A DNA stretch of 64,000 nt. It comes from Candidatus Gastranaerophilales bacterium. GTDB taxonomy: Bacteria > Cyanobacteriota > Vampirovibrionia > Gastranaerophilales > JANQFW01. Location of the stretch: NCBI GenBank assembly GCA_028280605.1, contig JANQLL010000164.1, positions 99 through 64,098 of the forward strand. Direction: 5' to 3'. The position numbers were made by a program, and so were the translations under genes. The notes beneath the pieces are model-generated. The model did not search any database. It saw only the letters and a program-made list of their open reading frames with translations, and was not told the origin of the DNA. This document shows positions 27,024 to 36,969 of the stretch, piece after piece (the first letter of the stretch is position 1; each line of letters opens with the position of its first letter).

Positions 27024-27240
27024 TTAGTATAAAAAAATAATATAAAGATAAGTACAATAAAATTAAGTTTGAATAAAATAAAAATAAATATCAAATTTGT
27101 AAAAGTTAACAAAAAGTAAATATTTAAAAAGTTTTTTAGAGATAATATGCCATAAGTTTTTGACGTTATGGGGAATAAAATATGCATAAAAAAAACGCTA
27201 TAAATATAATAGCCAAAACCTGTAAGGATAAAATTAATAA

Positions 27241-28245
27241 ATGAAAAGTAGAATTTTATTTATAATAACAGCTTTTGTATTAATAATTGGGCTTTTAATT
27301 ATTCGAAGTACTATAACAGAGGAAAAAGAATATAAAGTCCTATTTATAGCGTCATATCATTCTACAATGGGATGGGTTGTAAATGCGCAAAAAGGGCTCA
27401 AAAAAGCCTTTAAAGAAAAAGGAGTAAAAATAAACTACAGAGCCTTTTATATGGATTCTAAAAGAAAATCCGGATCAGAACAAATATTGCAAAGCGCCAA
27501 ACAGGCAACAGCGCTTATTAAAGAATGGGAGCCTGATATCATTATTGTTTCTGATGAAAATGCCCTGATATACGTAGCTTTACCTTTAAGAGACACAAAA
27601 TATAAATTTGTCTTTTGCGGCATAAATGGTGATCCTAAAGATTATAAATTGCCTTCTGAAAATATAACAGGAGTGCTTGAAAGACATCATTTTGTTGATT
27701 CAATAAAAGTTTTGCAATTGATGGACCCAATGGTAAAAAAAGTAGCCGTTATAAGTGAGGCTTCAAAGTCATCTACATTAATTGTTAATCAGTTAATAAA
27801 AGAAATACCTTTATTACCGGTAAAAGTTACTGGAGTTCATAAAACATCATCTTTTAAAGAATGGAAAAAACTTGTAAAAGAATACCAGGATAAAGTTGAT
27901 GCGCTTATGGTTATTCTTTTTTTTACATTAAAAGATGAAGATGGAAAACCTGTACAGAGTAAAGAGTTGTTAGACTGGACAATAGCAAATTCCAGGTTGC
28001 CGGACGTAGGTATATTCAAATTTTTTGTTGATGAAGGAGGCTTAACTGCTGTTGCAGTAAATGGATATTCTCAGGGGTATCATGCAGGCAAAGTTGCTAT
28101 AAAAGTTCTAAAAGGTGCAAGTCCGCAAAAAATCACTCCTAAAAGAACAAAAGACGGCGTTATTTACATTAACGCCAAGAGAGCACGTGCTTTTAAATTA
28201 AATATTCCATCTGAACTCCTTGATAGTGTAAACATTATTTGGTAA
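27241..28245 (+). CDS. Membrane-anchored ABC-type substrate-binding-like (PF04392-like) periplasmic sensor protein
   Basis: 334 aa. One N-terminal TM helix followed by a periplasmic-binding-protein-like alpha/beta pattern. Immediately upstream of, and co-oriented with, the giant kinase. Confidence 0.55.
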   Translation: MKSRILFIITAFVLIIGLLIIRSTITEEKEYKVLFIASYHSTMGWVVNAQKGLKKAFKEKGVKINYRAFYMDSKRKSGSEQILQSAKQATALIKEWEPDIIIVSDENALIYVALPLRDTKYKFVFCGINGDPKDYKLPSENITGVLERHHFVDSIKVLQLMDPMVKKVAVISEASKSSTLIVNQLIKEIPLLPVKVTGVHKTSSFKEWKKLVKEYQDKVDALMVILFFTLKDEDGKPVQSKELLDWTIANSRLPDVGIFKFFVDEGGLTAVAVNGYSQGYHAGKVAIKVLKGASPQKITPKRTKDGVIYINAKRARAFKLNIPSELLDSVNIIW

Positions 28246-28265
28246 AGATTCTCAAGGTTTAATTT

Positions 28266-31200
28266 ATGAAACAACAAGAGGCTAAAACATTAGTTCTTTT
28301 ATATATATTTTTTTTTCTGGTAATTGTTATTTCTTTCTTTACCTATACAAAATCACCGGAATATACTTTATTTTATTTTCCTTATGGGATTTTTTATAAA
28401 AGAATATTATATATTTTATTAATTTTGGTCTCTCTTTTAATATTGTTTAAGGCGAGGAAGTTATATTCAAAAACCAATAATATTGCAATGGAAATAATTA
28501 GCGCCGGATTTTTGGCAGGAATTATATTATATGCGGAAAAGGTTTTAACATTTGCCGGCCTTTTTTATAATGCCGGAACATCTCATATTTTTCATATTTT
28601 TGATTTGCTACTTGGCGATTTGATATGGACAATAGCTCTTTTTGCTGCAATATTTTATATTCCAAGGCAATCTGAAAAAAATGAATATATGGGAAAATTT
28701 ATTTACTATTCAACAATCTTATATGCGTTATTGATAATTAGCCTGGATATTTTTGTCAGCCCTTATTTGCTGGATTATGTTTATAAAATTCTACCTAATA
28801 TATTTCTTGTAAAAACTATTGAACAATCTTTTTATTTGCTATCAGCATTTATTTATATAGATATGAGAATAGTAAATAATCAAAAAATATTTTCATTTTT
28901 TACCCTTGGACTTATTATTCTTGGGTCAGGTCCTTTATTCTTTGTGCCTGAATATGCGACGACCGTATATGCGTTTATTTCTCCAATGATTAAGATAATA
29001 GGCTTTATTTTTATTTATATAGGATTGCAAGATTTACAAACAAAACCAAAATTTTTGAACTTTAGACAGAAGTTATCTTCTTATATGTCGCTGTTATTAA
29101 TTTTGTCTTATATAACTATTATTCCTATAGGCTCATTATTATTTGATATGAAATTGCCAAGTTATTTATCTTATTTGTTTCTTGGGTATTTTATAGCGTT
29201 AACTATTGCACAGTATATTTTATCAGCTAATTTTTCGATTCCTGTAATGGATGTAATTAGAGGAATCGAGCAGATAAAACCCGGTCAAAAGCCTGAGCTT
29301 ATTCCGGTAACAAGCCATGATGAAATTGGGCTGTTAGCAGAGGAATTTAATAAAAATGCTGAATTAATTTGGGAATATTTTGAAAAGGAAAAATTGTTAA
29401 AAAGTAGTATTGCTGCAATTAGAAAGACTCTTGATATTGATGAAGTTAAACATCAAATAGTGAGCAGCATTGGTTATACATTTAAAGCTGACAGGTGTTT
29501 TGTAATTGAATATGACCAACTTAACAACAAGTATTTACCTATAAAATACGAACATCTGGCATCTTCTGAAGTAAAAAGCTTAAAAAATATGGATATAGAA
29601 AAAGATTTGCCAGAGTTTACCAAAGAACTTAAAGAACGTAGAGAGATAATAATTTTAGATGCTGATGAATATATTGAAAAAAATAACTTAAAAGAAAGTG
29701 ATCTTGAAAAATACGCAAAAAAATATGATATTAAATCAGGCTTTAGCCTGCCCATTGTATACTACAATGAATATCTGGGAAATTTGGCTGTACATTTTAC
29801 CCGGAAAAAAGCAGCTTTTAGAGAGCCGGAAGTGCAGTTTTCCAGAGACCTTATTGAACAAAGCAGTATAGCTTTTTATCAGGCTAAACAGTATGAACAA
29901 ATAAAAAACCTGGCAGCAAGAGAAAGCGTATTAAGAAGCACTATTGAAACAATCCAAACTGTCCTTGATATCAATATAATTAAAAAAATATTAGTGACAG
30001 AAATTGGAAAAGTTTTAGATGGTGATATGAGTGTATTTTATATCTTTGATGCTGAAAAAAAACGATTTTTACCTGTTGATGAAAATTCATTATATTTATC
30101 TTCTTCAGATATAAAAAGCATTGTAGGGATTAATATTGAAGATTACGGATGGGGAGGCTTTTTTAGAAAACATGTCGTAGAAGTTATTTATTCAGATTTA
30201 GAGAAGTTTATTGATGATTATAATTTAAAAGGCACTTTGGGAGAACAATTTATAAGAGATTTTGGGCTAAAATCAACTATTGGAATACCAATGCAATATG
30301 CAGGCGAACTGTTGGGAATATTTGCTGTAGGCTATGTGAGGGAAAAACGAGAAATAAGCAGGGAAGACATAGAATTGGCAAGAACTGCCGCCAATCAGGG
30401 GGCAATCGCATTTCATCAAGCAAAATTGTACGACTCCCTAAAAACTCAAGTTAGAAAAGAATATTTACAAAGAAAGTTTACTGAGGCCATAAGAAGCACA
30501 CTAGATATTGATGAGTTCATAAAAATTGCTGTCAATGAAGTTGGTAAAACTTTTGAAGCAGATCGTTGCTTATTTGTAGTATTTGATAAAAAAAATCAAT
30601 TATTTATGCCGTTGGGTGCAAATTATTTATCGTCTATTGAAGTTAAAGAGATAATTGATTTCAATTCATATCAAGATCTTATTGCAGAGTTTGTAAGAAT
30701 TCTTAATGAAAAAGGTGAAAATTTTATATCAAGTACATCTTTTGTACTTGATAAAACACCAAAAATAAAAGATACTACTATAAGATTTTATAGGGAATAT
30801 GATATCAGGTCAGGTTATTCGGTTCCGGTTTGGGGTATTGAGGGAGAAAATGCTTATTTTGTTATTCATTTTACAAAAAAGTATGTTGAACTGGCCAAAG
30901 ATGATCTAGACCTCTTAAAGTCCTTAGCTAACCAAGCATCTATTGCATTTTATCAGGCAAGATTGTATGAAAAACAAAAGAACACAGCGCAAAGGGAAAC
31001 TTTACTAAGAGAAATAATCACTGCATTTAGAAGTACTCTGGATATGAATGAACTTAAAAAAATTGTCGTTACTACTGTAGGAAAAGCCTTGGAGGCTGAT
31101 AGGGCTTTTATTACTGAGTATAATCAAGATGCAGGATATTTTTTAGACATTGACAAAAACTCTGAATACTTGAAATCGCCTGATATAAAAAGCATAACTG

Positions 31201-34200
31201 AAATTGATGAATCTGCACCGGGATATAAAGTATTTGAGGATATTGATATGGCAAAATCCGTAATGTACTTTTCTGATTTTGATGAGTATTTTAAAGATAA
31301 GGAAATAGATAAAAAAAATGATTATCTAAAACAACACCTTAAATCTTTTAATGTAAAATCAAATTTAGGTGTTCCTATTATTTATAGAGATGTAATCCTG
31401 GGAAGATTGGTCCTTCACTATACTAAAAAAAATAAGGACATTTCGCCTGAGTTAATTAATCTTGTTCAAACAGTGGCCGATCAAGCGGGAATTGCTATTT
31501 ATCAAACTAAACAATATATTTATGAAAAATTATCAAGAGATATTATAAGCACAGTCAGAAGCTCTCTTAATATTGATGAAATAGAGGAAAATGTTGTAAA
31601 TAGTATTGGCAAAGCTCTTAATGCGTCAAGATGCTTAATATCTCTGTATGATAATAAGAAAGAAGAGTTTTTACCCATAAAATATGAATATTTGGACGGT
31701 CCTGACTCGTTTAGCAATATAGGGGTTAGCGTAGAAAAAAATGTTCCTGAACTTTTTAAACATTTAGCAAATGCTAAAAATTTAATTGTAAGCAACCGGG
31801 AAGAATTTATCAAAGAAAGTCATTTAGAAGGGACTTTGACTGCAGAATATTTAAGAAATGCTAATATTTTATCAGGCTATTCTGTTCCTATAAAATATGC
31901 AGATGAACTGGTAGGGATACTGGTAATTCATTACACAAAAAGAAAAGGAGGATTTAGTGAAGAACAAGTTGAATTTGCCAGGTCTCTTGCTAATCAAATA
32001 GGTATAGGTATTCAACAGGCAAGTTTATACGAAAAAGAAAGACAGACAGCTGAAAGAGAGACTGTATTAAAAAATATTATTATGACAGTAAGAAGCACAT
32101 ATGAACTAAACAAGGTAAAAAAAGACCTGGTAAATGCAATTGGTAAAGCCCTGGATGCGGATAGATGTTACATTTTTGAAGTTGATCTGAAAACTAAAAC
32201 TTTTTTACCTCTTGATGAAGACTCCGAATATTTAAGCCACCCGGAAGAAATTAGCCTCAGGACCCTGGATCCATACAGTGAAGGTGCAAAATATTTCTTT
32301 AAAATTTTTGAAATAAAAAAAGAAACTAATTATCAGGATACTACACAGTTTCTTGAAGAATATGGTCTTGAAGATACTCCGGTTAAACAGCTTTTAGAAA
32401 ATTTAAACGTAAAATCGAGTATTAATATACCAATTTTTTATGGGGATGATGTTTTAGGGTTGCTTGGGGTTACATACACCAGAAAAAAATTTGAGTACAC
32501 AGAAGAAGACCTTAAATTTATTAGAGTACTAGCCAGTCAAACAGGTATAGCCCTTCATCAATCTAAATTATTTAATGAGACCAGGCTAATAGCAGAAAGA
32601 GAAAAACTATTAAGAAGTATTATAGCAACAATAAGAAGTACCTTGGATATAAATGAAATTCTTAGGGATGTATGTGAAAAAGTAGCAAAAGTTTTTCATG
32701 TAGAAAGAGCCAGTATAGTAGAATATCCTGATCCGGATAATTATCAAAAATATATAGTACATGAAGAATATAAAATTAGAAAAGAAATAAATGGTATAAA
32801 AAATATTAAAGGATCTTATAAAGTAGCTGAATTTTGGGGTGAAAACTTATTTAAGAATGCTGGAATATGGGCTATTGATGATATTCATACATCTGATACA
32901 CCGGATTATTTTAAAGAATTTTATAAAAAATTGGAAGTTAAATCTATAATTGCTGCTGCAGTAAAGAGTGGCGAAGAAAATTGGGGAATTTTTGCCTTAT
33001 CAGAAATTAAAGAATTTAGAACCTGGACAGAAGAAGAGAAAACATTATTGAAATCTATAACAGATCAATTATTTATTGCAATTAAACAAGGTAAATTGTA
33101 TAAAGCAACCAGAATGCATGCAGATAGGGAACAATTAACAAGAAAAGTATTGGAAGTAACACGCAGTACATTGGATATGAAGGAGTTTATAACTCTTACA
33201 ATTAAGGAAGTAGGCAAAACCTTTAATGCAGATAGATGCTTTTTTAGGATTTTAGATAAAAAAATAAATGAATATTTGACTCCGGAAGAAGAATATTTAT
33301 CATCAGATCAAATTAAAAGTTTAAAAGAAATAAATTTAGAGCAAGGCTCTTTGGATTATTTAGGTGACATTGTTTTTAAACAAGGAAAATTAAGAATAGA
33401 AAATACTGATGAATTTATTAAAAAAAATAATCTGCAAGGAAGTAAAGTAGAAGATTATTTTATACAATCACAGATTAAGTCGGACTATGCAGTAACTATA
33501 TGGGATACAGAAAATAAAAAAATCCATCTTGTTCTTCATTATTGTAAAAAGCCTGTAATTTTTTCTGATGATAATTTTAATATGATGCAAATCATTGCCC
33601 AACAATCTCAAATTGGTTTTCAACAAGCAATGTTTTATAACGAAATCAAGCAAAAAGAAGAAAAAGAAAGAATATTAAGGGAAATACTCACCGGTATAAA
33701 ATTTACAAGGGATATTGATGAAATTTATAATTATCTGATGAGCCGAATAGTTCAAATATTCAACCTGGATATTGCTTGTGTCTTTGAACCTCCTGAATTT
33801 ATTTATACAAAGATTAAGCATAAATGTTTGATTGACAATAAATTTACAGAATTGTCCGAAGAAGCATTACCTGAAGAGTTTATTAAACAACTTATAGACA
33901 TTAAAGATTCTCAAGAATTTTTAGTTGTTAATAATGTTGATGAATACTATGAAAATACAGAAATTAAACCATTTTTCAGCAATCATAATATCAAGTCTTT
34001 TATTGCTGCACCACTCGTAAAATATGATACTAAAACAGTTGTTTTGGATATTTTATTTATGTTCTCTTCCAGAATAAGAAATTGGAGTACGCGAGAAAGA
34101 GATTTATTAAAATCAATTTTTGATATAGCAATAACTATTATATGGGAAGCCAGCAAGCTAAAAGAAATAGACGATTTAAGAAATACTTTTATTTTGACTT

Positions 34201-34850
34201 TAACGCACGATTTTCAAGTTCCGCTGGTGGGGGAAAGAAAAGCCCTTGAGTTTTTGATTGAAAGGCCTGACCAGCAGCCAATCGGCAAATTTAAAGATTT
34301 TATTAGTGAAACAATTAAAAGTAATAAAGAATTATCAAGATTGTTGATAATTCTACTGGAAAGTTATAATTACGATTCCGGTAAACAAACTTTAGAACTT
34401 AAAAAAACTCACCTAAAGCCTATTTTGTTAAAAGTAATAGATTCGTTAAGAGAACTAGCTGAATCTAAGTCAATGACTATTGACGTAAGAGTACCTGATG
34501 ATCTGCCTGAACTGTTGATAGATTCACAAGAAATATTTAAGCCTTTTTATACAATTCTCGAAAATGCGATTGTGTATACAGAACCAAACGGTTATATAGT
34601 TATAAATTCACTTGTTCAAGAAAATACCATAGCAACATATATTAGTGATAATGGTTCGGGTATACCTCAAGATATAAAAAATATCCTTTTTAAACGGTAC
34701 GAAACAGCCTTGGCAATAGAGCGTAAAATAGGATCGGGGTTGGCATTATATTTGTCGAAGCAAATAGTTGAAGCTCATAAGGGCATTATATCCTATACAA
34801 GCCAAGTGGGCGAAGGCTCAACATTTTGTGTAATTTTACCTATTGAATAA
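28266..34850 (+). CDS. Giant sensor histidine kinase: polytopic N-terminal membrane domain, HAMP-like linker, 9 tandem GAF domains, HisKA, HATPase
   Basis: 2194 aa. About 330 aa of hydrophobic helices. Nine units each beginning ..(I/L)R(S/K)TLD(I/M)(D/N)E..VGK.(F/L).ADRC.. and ending ..QA(K/R)LYE... H-box LTLTHDFQVPL. G2 box GSGLALYLSKQI. Confidence 0.85.
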   Translation: MKQQEAKTLVLLYIFFFLVIVISFFTYTKSPEYTLFYFPYGIFYKRILYILLILVSLLILFKARKLYSKTNNIAMEIISAGFLAGIILYAEKVLTFAGLFYNAGTSHIFHIFDLLLGDLIWTIALFAAIFYIPRQSEKNEYMGKFIYYSTILYALLIISLDIFVSPYLLDYVYKILPNIFLVKTIEQSFYLLSAFIYIDMRIVNNQKIFSFFTLGLIILGSGPLFFVPEYATTVYAFISPMIKIIGFIFIYIGLQDLQTKPKFLNFRQKLSSYMSLLLILSYITIIPIGSLLFDMKLPSYLSYLFLGYFIALTIAQYILSANFSIPVMDVIRGIEQIKPGQKPELIPVTSHDEIGLLAEEFNKNAELIWEYFEKEKLLKSSIAAIRKTLDIDEVKHQIVSSIGYTFKADRCFVIEYDQLNNKYLPIKYEHLASSEVKSLKNMDIEKDLPEFTKELKERREIIILDADEYIEKNNLKESDLEKYAKKYDIKSGFSLPIVYYNEYLGNLAVHFTRKKAAFREPEVQFSRDLIEQSSIAFYQAKQYEQIKNLAARESVLRSTIETIQTVLDINIIKKILVTEIGKVLDGDMSVFYIFDAEKKRFLPVDENSLYLSSSDIKSIVGINIEDYGWGGFFRKHVVEVIYSDLEKFIDDYNLKGTLGEQFIRDFGLKSTIGIPMQYAGELLGIFAVGYVREKREISREDIELARTAANQGAIAFHQAKLYDSLKTQVRKEYLQRKFTEAIRSTLDIDEFIKIAVNEVGKTFEADRCLFVVFDKKNQLFMPLGANYLSSIEVKEIIDFNSYQDLIAEFVRILNEKGENFISSTSFVLDKTPKIKDTTIRFYREYDIRSGYSVPVWGIEGENAYFVIHFTKKYVELAKDDLDLLKSLANQASIAFYQARLYEKQKNTAQRETLLREIITAFRSTLDMNELKKIVVTTVGKALEADRAFITEYNQDAGYFLDIDKNSEYLKSPDIKSITEIDESAPGYKVFEDIDMAKSVMYFSDFDEYFKDKEIDKKNDYLKQHLKSFNVKSNLGVPIIYRDVILGRLVLHYTKKNKDISPELINLVQTVADQAGIAIYQTKQYIYEKLSRDIISTVRSSLNIDEIEENVVNSIGKALNASRCLISLYDNKKEEFLPIKYEYLDGPDSFSNIGVSVEKNVPELFKHLANAKNLIVSNREEFIKESHLEGTLTAEYLRNANILSGYSVPIKYADELVGILVIHYTKRKGGFSEEQVEFARSLANQIGIGIQQASLYEKERQTAERETVLKNIIMTVRSTYELNKVKKDLVNAIGKALDADRCYIFEVDLKTKTFLPLDEDSEYLSHPEEISLRTLDPYSEGAKYFFKIFEIKKETNYQDTTQFLEEYGLEDTPVKQLLENLNVKSSINIPIFYGDDVLGLLGVTYTRKKFEYTEEDLKFIRVLASQTGIALHQSKLFNETRLIAEREKLLRSIIATIRSTLDINEILRDVCEKVAKVFHVERASIVEYPDPDNYQKYIVHEEYKIRKEINGIKNIKGSYKVAEFWGENLFKNAGIWAIDDIHTSDTPDYFKEFYKKLEVKSIIAAAVKSGEENWGIFALSEIKEFRTWTEEEKTLLKSITDQLFIAIKQGKLYKATRMHADREQLTRKVLEVTRSTLDMKEFITLTIKEVGKTFNADRCFFRILDKKINEYLTPEEEYLSSDQIKSLKEINLEQGSLDYLGDIVFKQGKLRIENTDEFIKKNNLQGSKVEDYFIQSQIKSDYAVTIWDTENKKIHLVLHYCKKPVIFSDDNFNMMQIIAQQSQIGFQQAMFYNEIKQKEEKERILREILTGIKFTRDIDEIYNYLMSRIVQIFNLDIACVFEPPEFIYTKIKHKCLIDNKFTELSEEALPEEFIKQLIDIKDSQEFLVVNNVDEYYENTEIKPFFSNHNIKSFIAAPLVKYDTKTVVLDILFMFSSRIRNWSTRERDLLKSIFDIAITIIWEASKLKEIDDLRNTFILTLTHDFQVPLVGERKALEFLIERPDQQPIGKFKDFISETIKSNKELSRLLIILLESYNYDSGKQTLELKKTHLKPILLKVIDSLRELAESKSMTIDVRVPDDLPELLIDSQEIFKPFYTILENAIVYTEPNGYIVINSLVQENTIATYISDNGSGIPQDIKNILFKRYETALAIERKIGSGLALYLSKQIVEAHKGIISYTSQVGEGSTFCVILPIE
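29403..34150 (+). repeat. Array of nine GAF-domain-coding units (about 175 codons each; similarity at protein level)
   Basis: I counted nine recurrences of the RSTLDIDE...ADRC start signature and the QAKLYE-type linker in the translation. Boundaries are approximate. Confidence 0.7.
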
Positions 34851-34866
34851 TGTCTCCATTATTGCA

Positions 34867-35559
34867 TCATTTAAGAAGCATTAATCCTATTATAATTATT
34901 ATTAACAGATTAAGCAACAAGAAGTATATCAAGGATTTTCCGATACCAGATTTTGAATCTATAAGTATACTTACTATTTGAGTAGCATCGAATCTATAGT
35001 TTTTGCCATCTGCTGACTTAGCGGCAAGAAGTTGATCAAGTATATTTTTGTGTTCAGGCTTAAAGTTTGCAAATATATCGCTTATTTGATCACTGCTAAA
35101 CCTATAATTTCGCCCGTCAAAGGATTTAGTCCAAAGTAGCTTATCCAGCATTTCTTTATTTTCAGGTCTGAAATTTGTAAGTATATCACTTATTTGGTCG
35201 CTATTAAACCTGTAAGCTCGACTGTTTAATGTTTTAGCAAGAAGAAGCTTATTTAATACATCTTTATTTTCCGGTCTAAGGTTGACCAGGATATTGTTTA
35301 TTTGATCATTATTAAATCTAAAATTTTTGTAGTCAATGGTTTTAAGAGCAATAAGCTTATAAAAAATATCTTTTTTAAATTGTGCCGTGGTAAAGTGTTT
35401 ATGAGCTTCATCACTTACAAAGTCATAATTTTTGCCCCTTGAATTAAGAGGTTGCTTAAGTGCATTTTTTTTATTTTGACTTAATTTTAATGCTATTTCG
35501 TATCTGTAAAGTCTCGGTGTTGTGTTTATTACAACTTTTTCGCTGATATTATTATTCAT
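34867..35559 (-). CDS. Tail-anchored protein with about five 36-aa tandem repeats (NYRF-x2-DQI-x2-I-x3-(R/K)PE(N/H)K-x2-L-x2-LL-x-K)
   Basis: 230 aa. Repeats are visible in the translation. The C-terminal hydrophobic segment is SLIYFLLLNLLIIIIIGLMLL. No family recognised. Confidence 0.6.
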   Translation of the reverse strand: MNNNISEKVVINTTPRLYRYEIALKLSQNKKNALKQPLNSRGKNYDFVSDEAHKHFTTAQFKKDIFYKLIALKTIDYKNFRFNNDQINNILVNLRPENKDVLNKLLLAKTLNSRAYRFNSDQISDILTNFRPENKEMLDKLLWTKSFDGRNYRFSSDQISDIFANFKPEHKNILDQLLAAKSADGKNYRFDATQIVSILIDSKSGIGKSLIYFLLLNLLIIIIIGLMLLK

Positions 35560-35981
35560 TTTCCTTCAGTCCATAGTTTAGACTATAGTATAAAAGTGCA
35601 AAAATAATAATAATTGCCTTTAATTTTGCATAATATCCAGCTTCAAACTATTAAGTTTTATTAAGCAAAAAAGATAAATTATTTAGCTTTTTTATTTAAT
35701 AAAGCTTTAACCATATATAGTAGTTAGTATTTGGTTAAGCATACAGATTAAATAACAGCTTTTTACGCATTATTTTTTTTTAATAATAATATTTTAAAGA
35801 GTTTTGTAGTTTTTATTTTTTTAAAATCAATAAGCAAAAGAAAAAAAGAATTTTAAGATTGAATTTATCTATCAATTTATGAAATCTTATAAGCACTATA
35901 TATGGTGGTGTTGATTTTGTTGAACTTCGCGAGATTAATGTTTATATTTACTTATTTTGATTTAATTTAGCTAAAGGGCTA

Positions 35982-36009
35982 TTGCGAAAACTTAGAAAAT
36001 CATTATAAT
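35982..36009 (+). promoter_or_regulatory. Sigma70-type promoter candidate for hup (TTGCGA-16 nt-TATAAT)
   Basis: TTGCGA at 35982-35987 and TATAAT at 36004-36009. AAAGGAGG RBS at 36024-36031. Confidence 0.55.
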
Positions 36010-36037
36010 CTAAATAGATTAGCAAAGGAGGTTTTTG

Positions 36038-36316
36038 ATGAATAAAGAGGAATTAGTAAAAGAGATTTCAAAAAAAGCTAGAGTGTCTCAAAAGCAAGCT
36101 TCTGAGATTTTAACAATTACGTTAGAAACCATCGAAAAGACAGTTTCTAAAGGTAAAAAAGTTACATTGGTAGGTTTTGGCACATTTGAATCTCGTAAGC
36201 GTGCAGCAAGAACAGGGAGAAATCCTCAAACTGGCGTAGAAATTAAAATTCCTGAAAAAACCGTACCTGTATTTTCAGCAGGTAAAAAGTTCAAAGAGAT
36301 TGTTAACAAAAAATAG
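36038..36316 (+). CDS. hup: HU-family nucleoid DNA-binding protein
   Basis: MNKEELVKEISKK...GFGTFESRKRAARTGRNPQTGVEIKIPEKTVPVFSAGKKFKE is canonical HU. ATG 36038 is preferred over the track's TTG 36035 because of RBS spacing. Confidence 0.93.
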   Translation: MNKEELVKEISKKARVSQKQASEILTITLETIEKTVSKGKKVTLVGFGTFESRKRAARTGRNPQTGVEIKIPEKTVPVFSAGKKFKEIVNKK

Positions 36317-36355
36317 TTAGAGTCTTTATCAAATCAAAAAATGAAGATTGAAATG

Positions 36356-36395
36356 AAAAGAAATGGATTGCTTAATGTAATCTTTTTCTTTTTTT
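36356..36395 (+). terminator. AT-rich intrinsic terminator candidate after hup
   Basis: AAAAGAAAtgGATT...AATCttTTTCTTTT imperfect stem (4+8 bp with a 2x2 internal loop) running into a T-tract. Confidence 0.4.
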
Positions 36396-36540
36396 AATAT
36401 AACTTAACTATTTTTCGCTTTGTAAAGAAATAAATAATCATATAGATAAACGCAGACTTTTATTTTTTCTTAAGTATAATAATATATATAATAATAAATT
36501 TATCTCAAAATAGGTTTACTAAAGGGGAGCAGTCTTTAAT

Positions 36541-36969
36541 ATGAAAAGATCTCTTATATTTATAATGATTATCATGGCGCAGTTCTTTCTTATATCAAAT
36601 GCTAATAATGTTAATGTGCTAGATGCAAGAAATCCAATCGGTATAATGTCAAAAGTAAGTAAATATGCTGTAATCAAAGGCAAAGTTGCAGACGTTGACG
36701 TTTCAGAACGATCAAAAGTAATATTTTTAAACTTTGGCAACAACTACAACACCTCATTTAGTGCGGTTATTTACGAAAATAAACTTCCCGCATTCGTAAT
36801 GGCAGGTGTAGATAGCCCCGCAGACTATTACAAAAACAAAACTGTTAAACTCGAAGGCTTTGTTAGAATGATTAACGGAAAACCGGAAATGGTTATTGAA
36901 TCCCCAAGCCAAATAAAAATAATTGACAAGAAAATTAAGTTAAGTCGTTTAAATGAGTATTCTAAATAA
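36541..36969 (+). CDS. Secreted hypothetical protein (signal peptide; possible OB-fold)
   Basis: 142 aa. N-terminal MKRSLIFIMIIMAQFFLISNA signal-like sequence. Overlaps the trpC start by 17 nt. Confidence 0.5.
   Translation: MKRSLIFIMIIMAQFFLISNANNVNVLDARNPIGIMSKVSKYAVIKGKVADVDVSERSKVIFLNFGNNYNTSFSAVIYENKLPAFVMAGVDSPADYYKNKTVKLEGFVRMINGKPEMVIESPSQIKIIDKKIKLSRLNEYSK

Noticed and set aside
26948-27187. 79-aa hydrophobic ORF in the phosphatase/SBP intergenic region.
   Set aside because: It overlaps repeat copy B. The composition-driven Ile/Phe/Leu translation has no start context. The conserved nucleotide element explains the region better.
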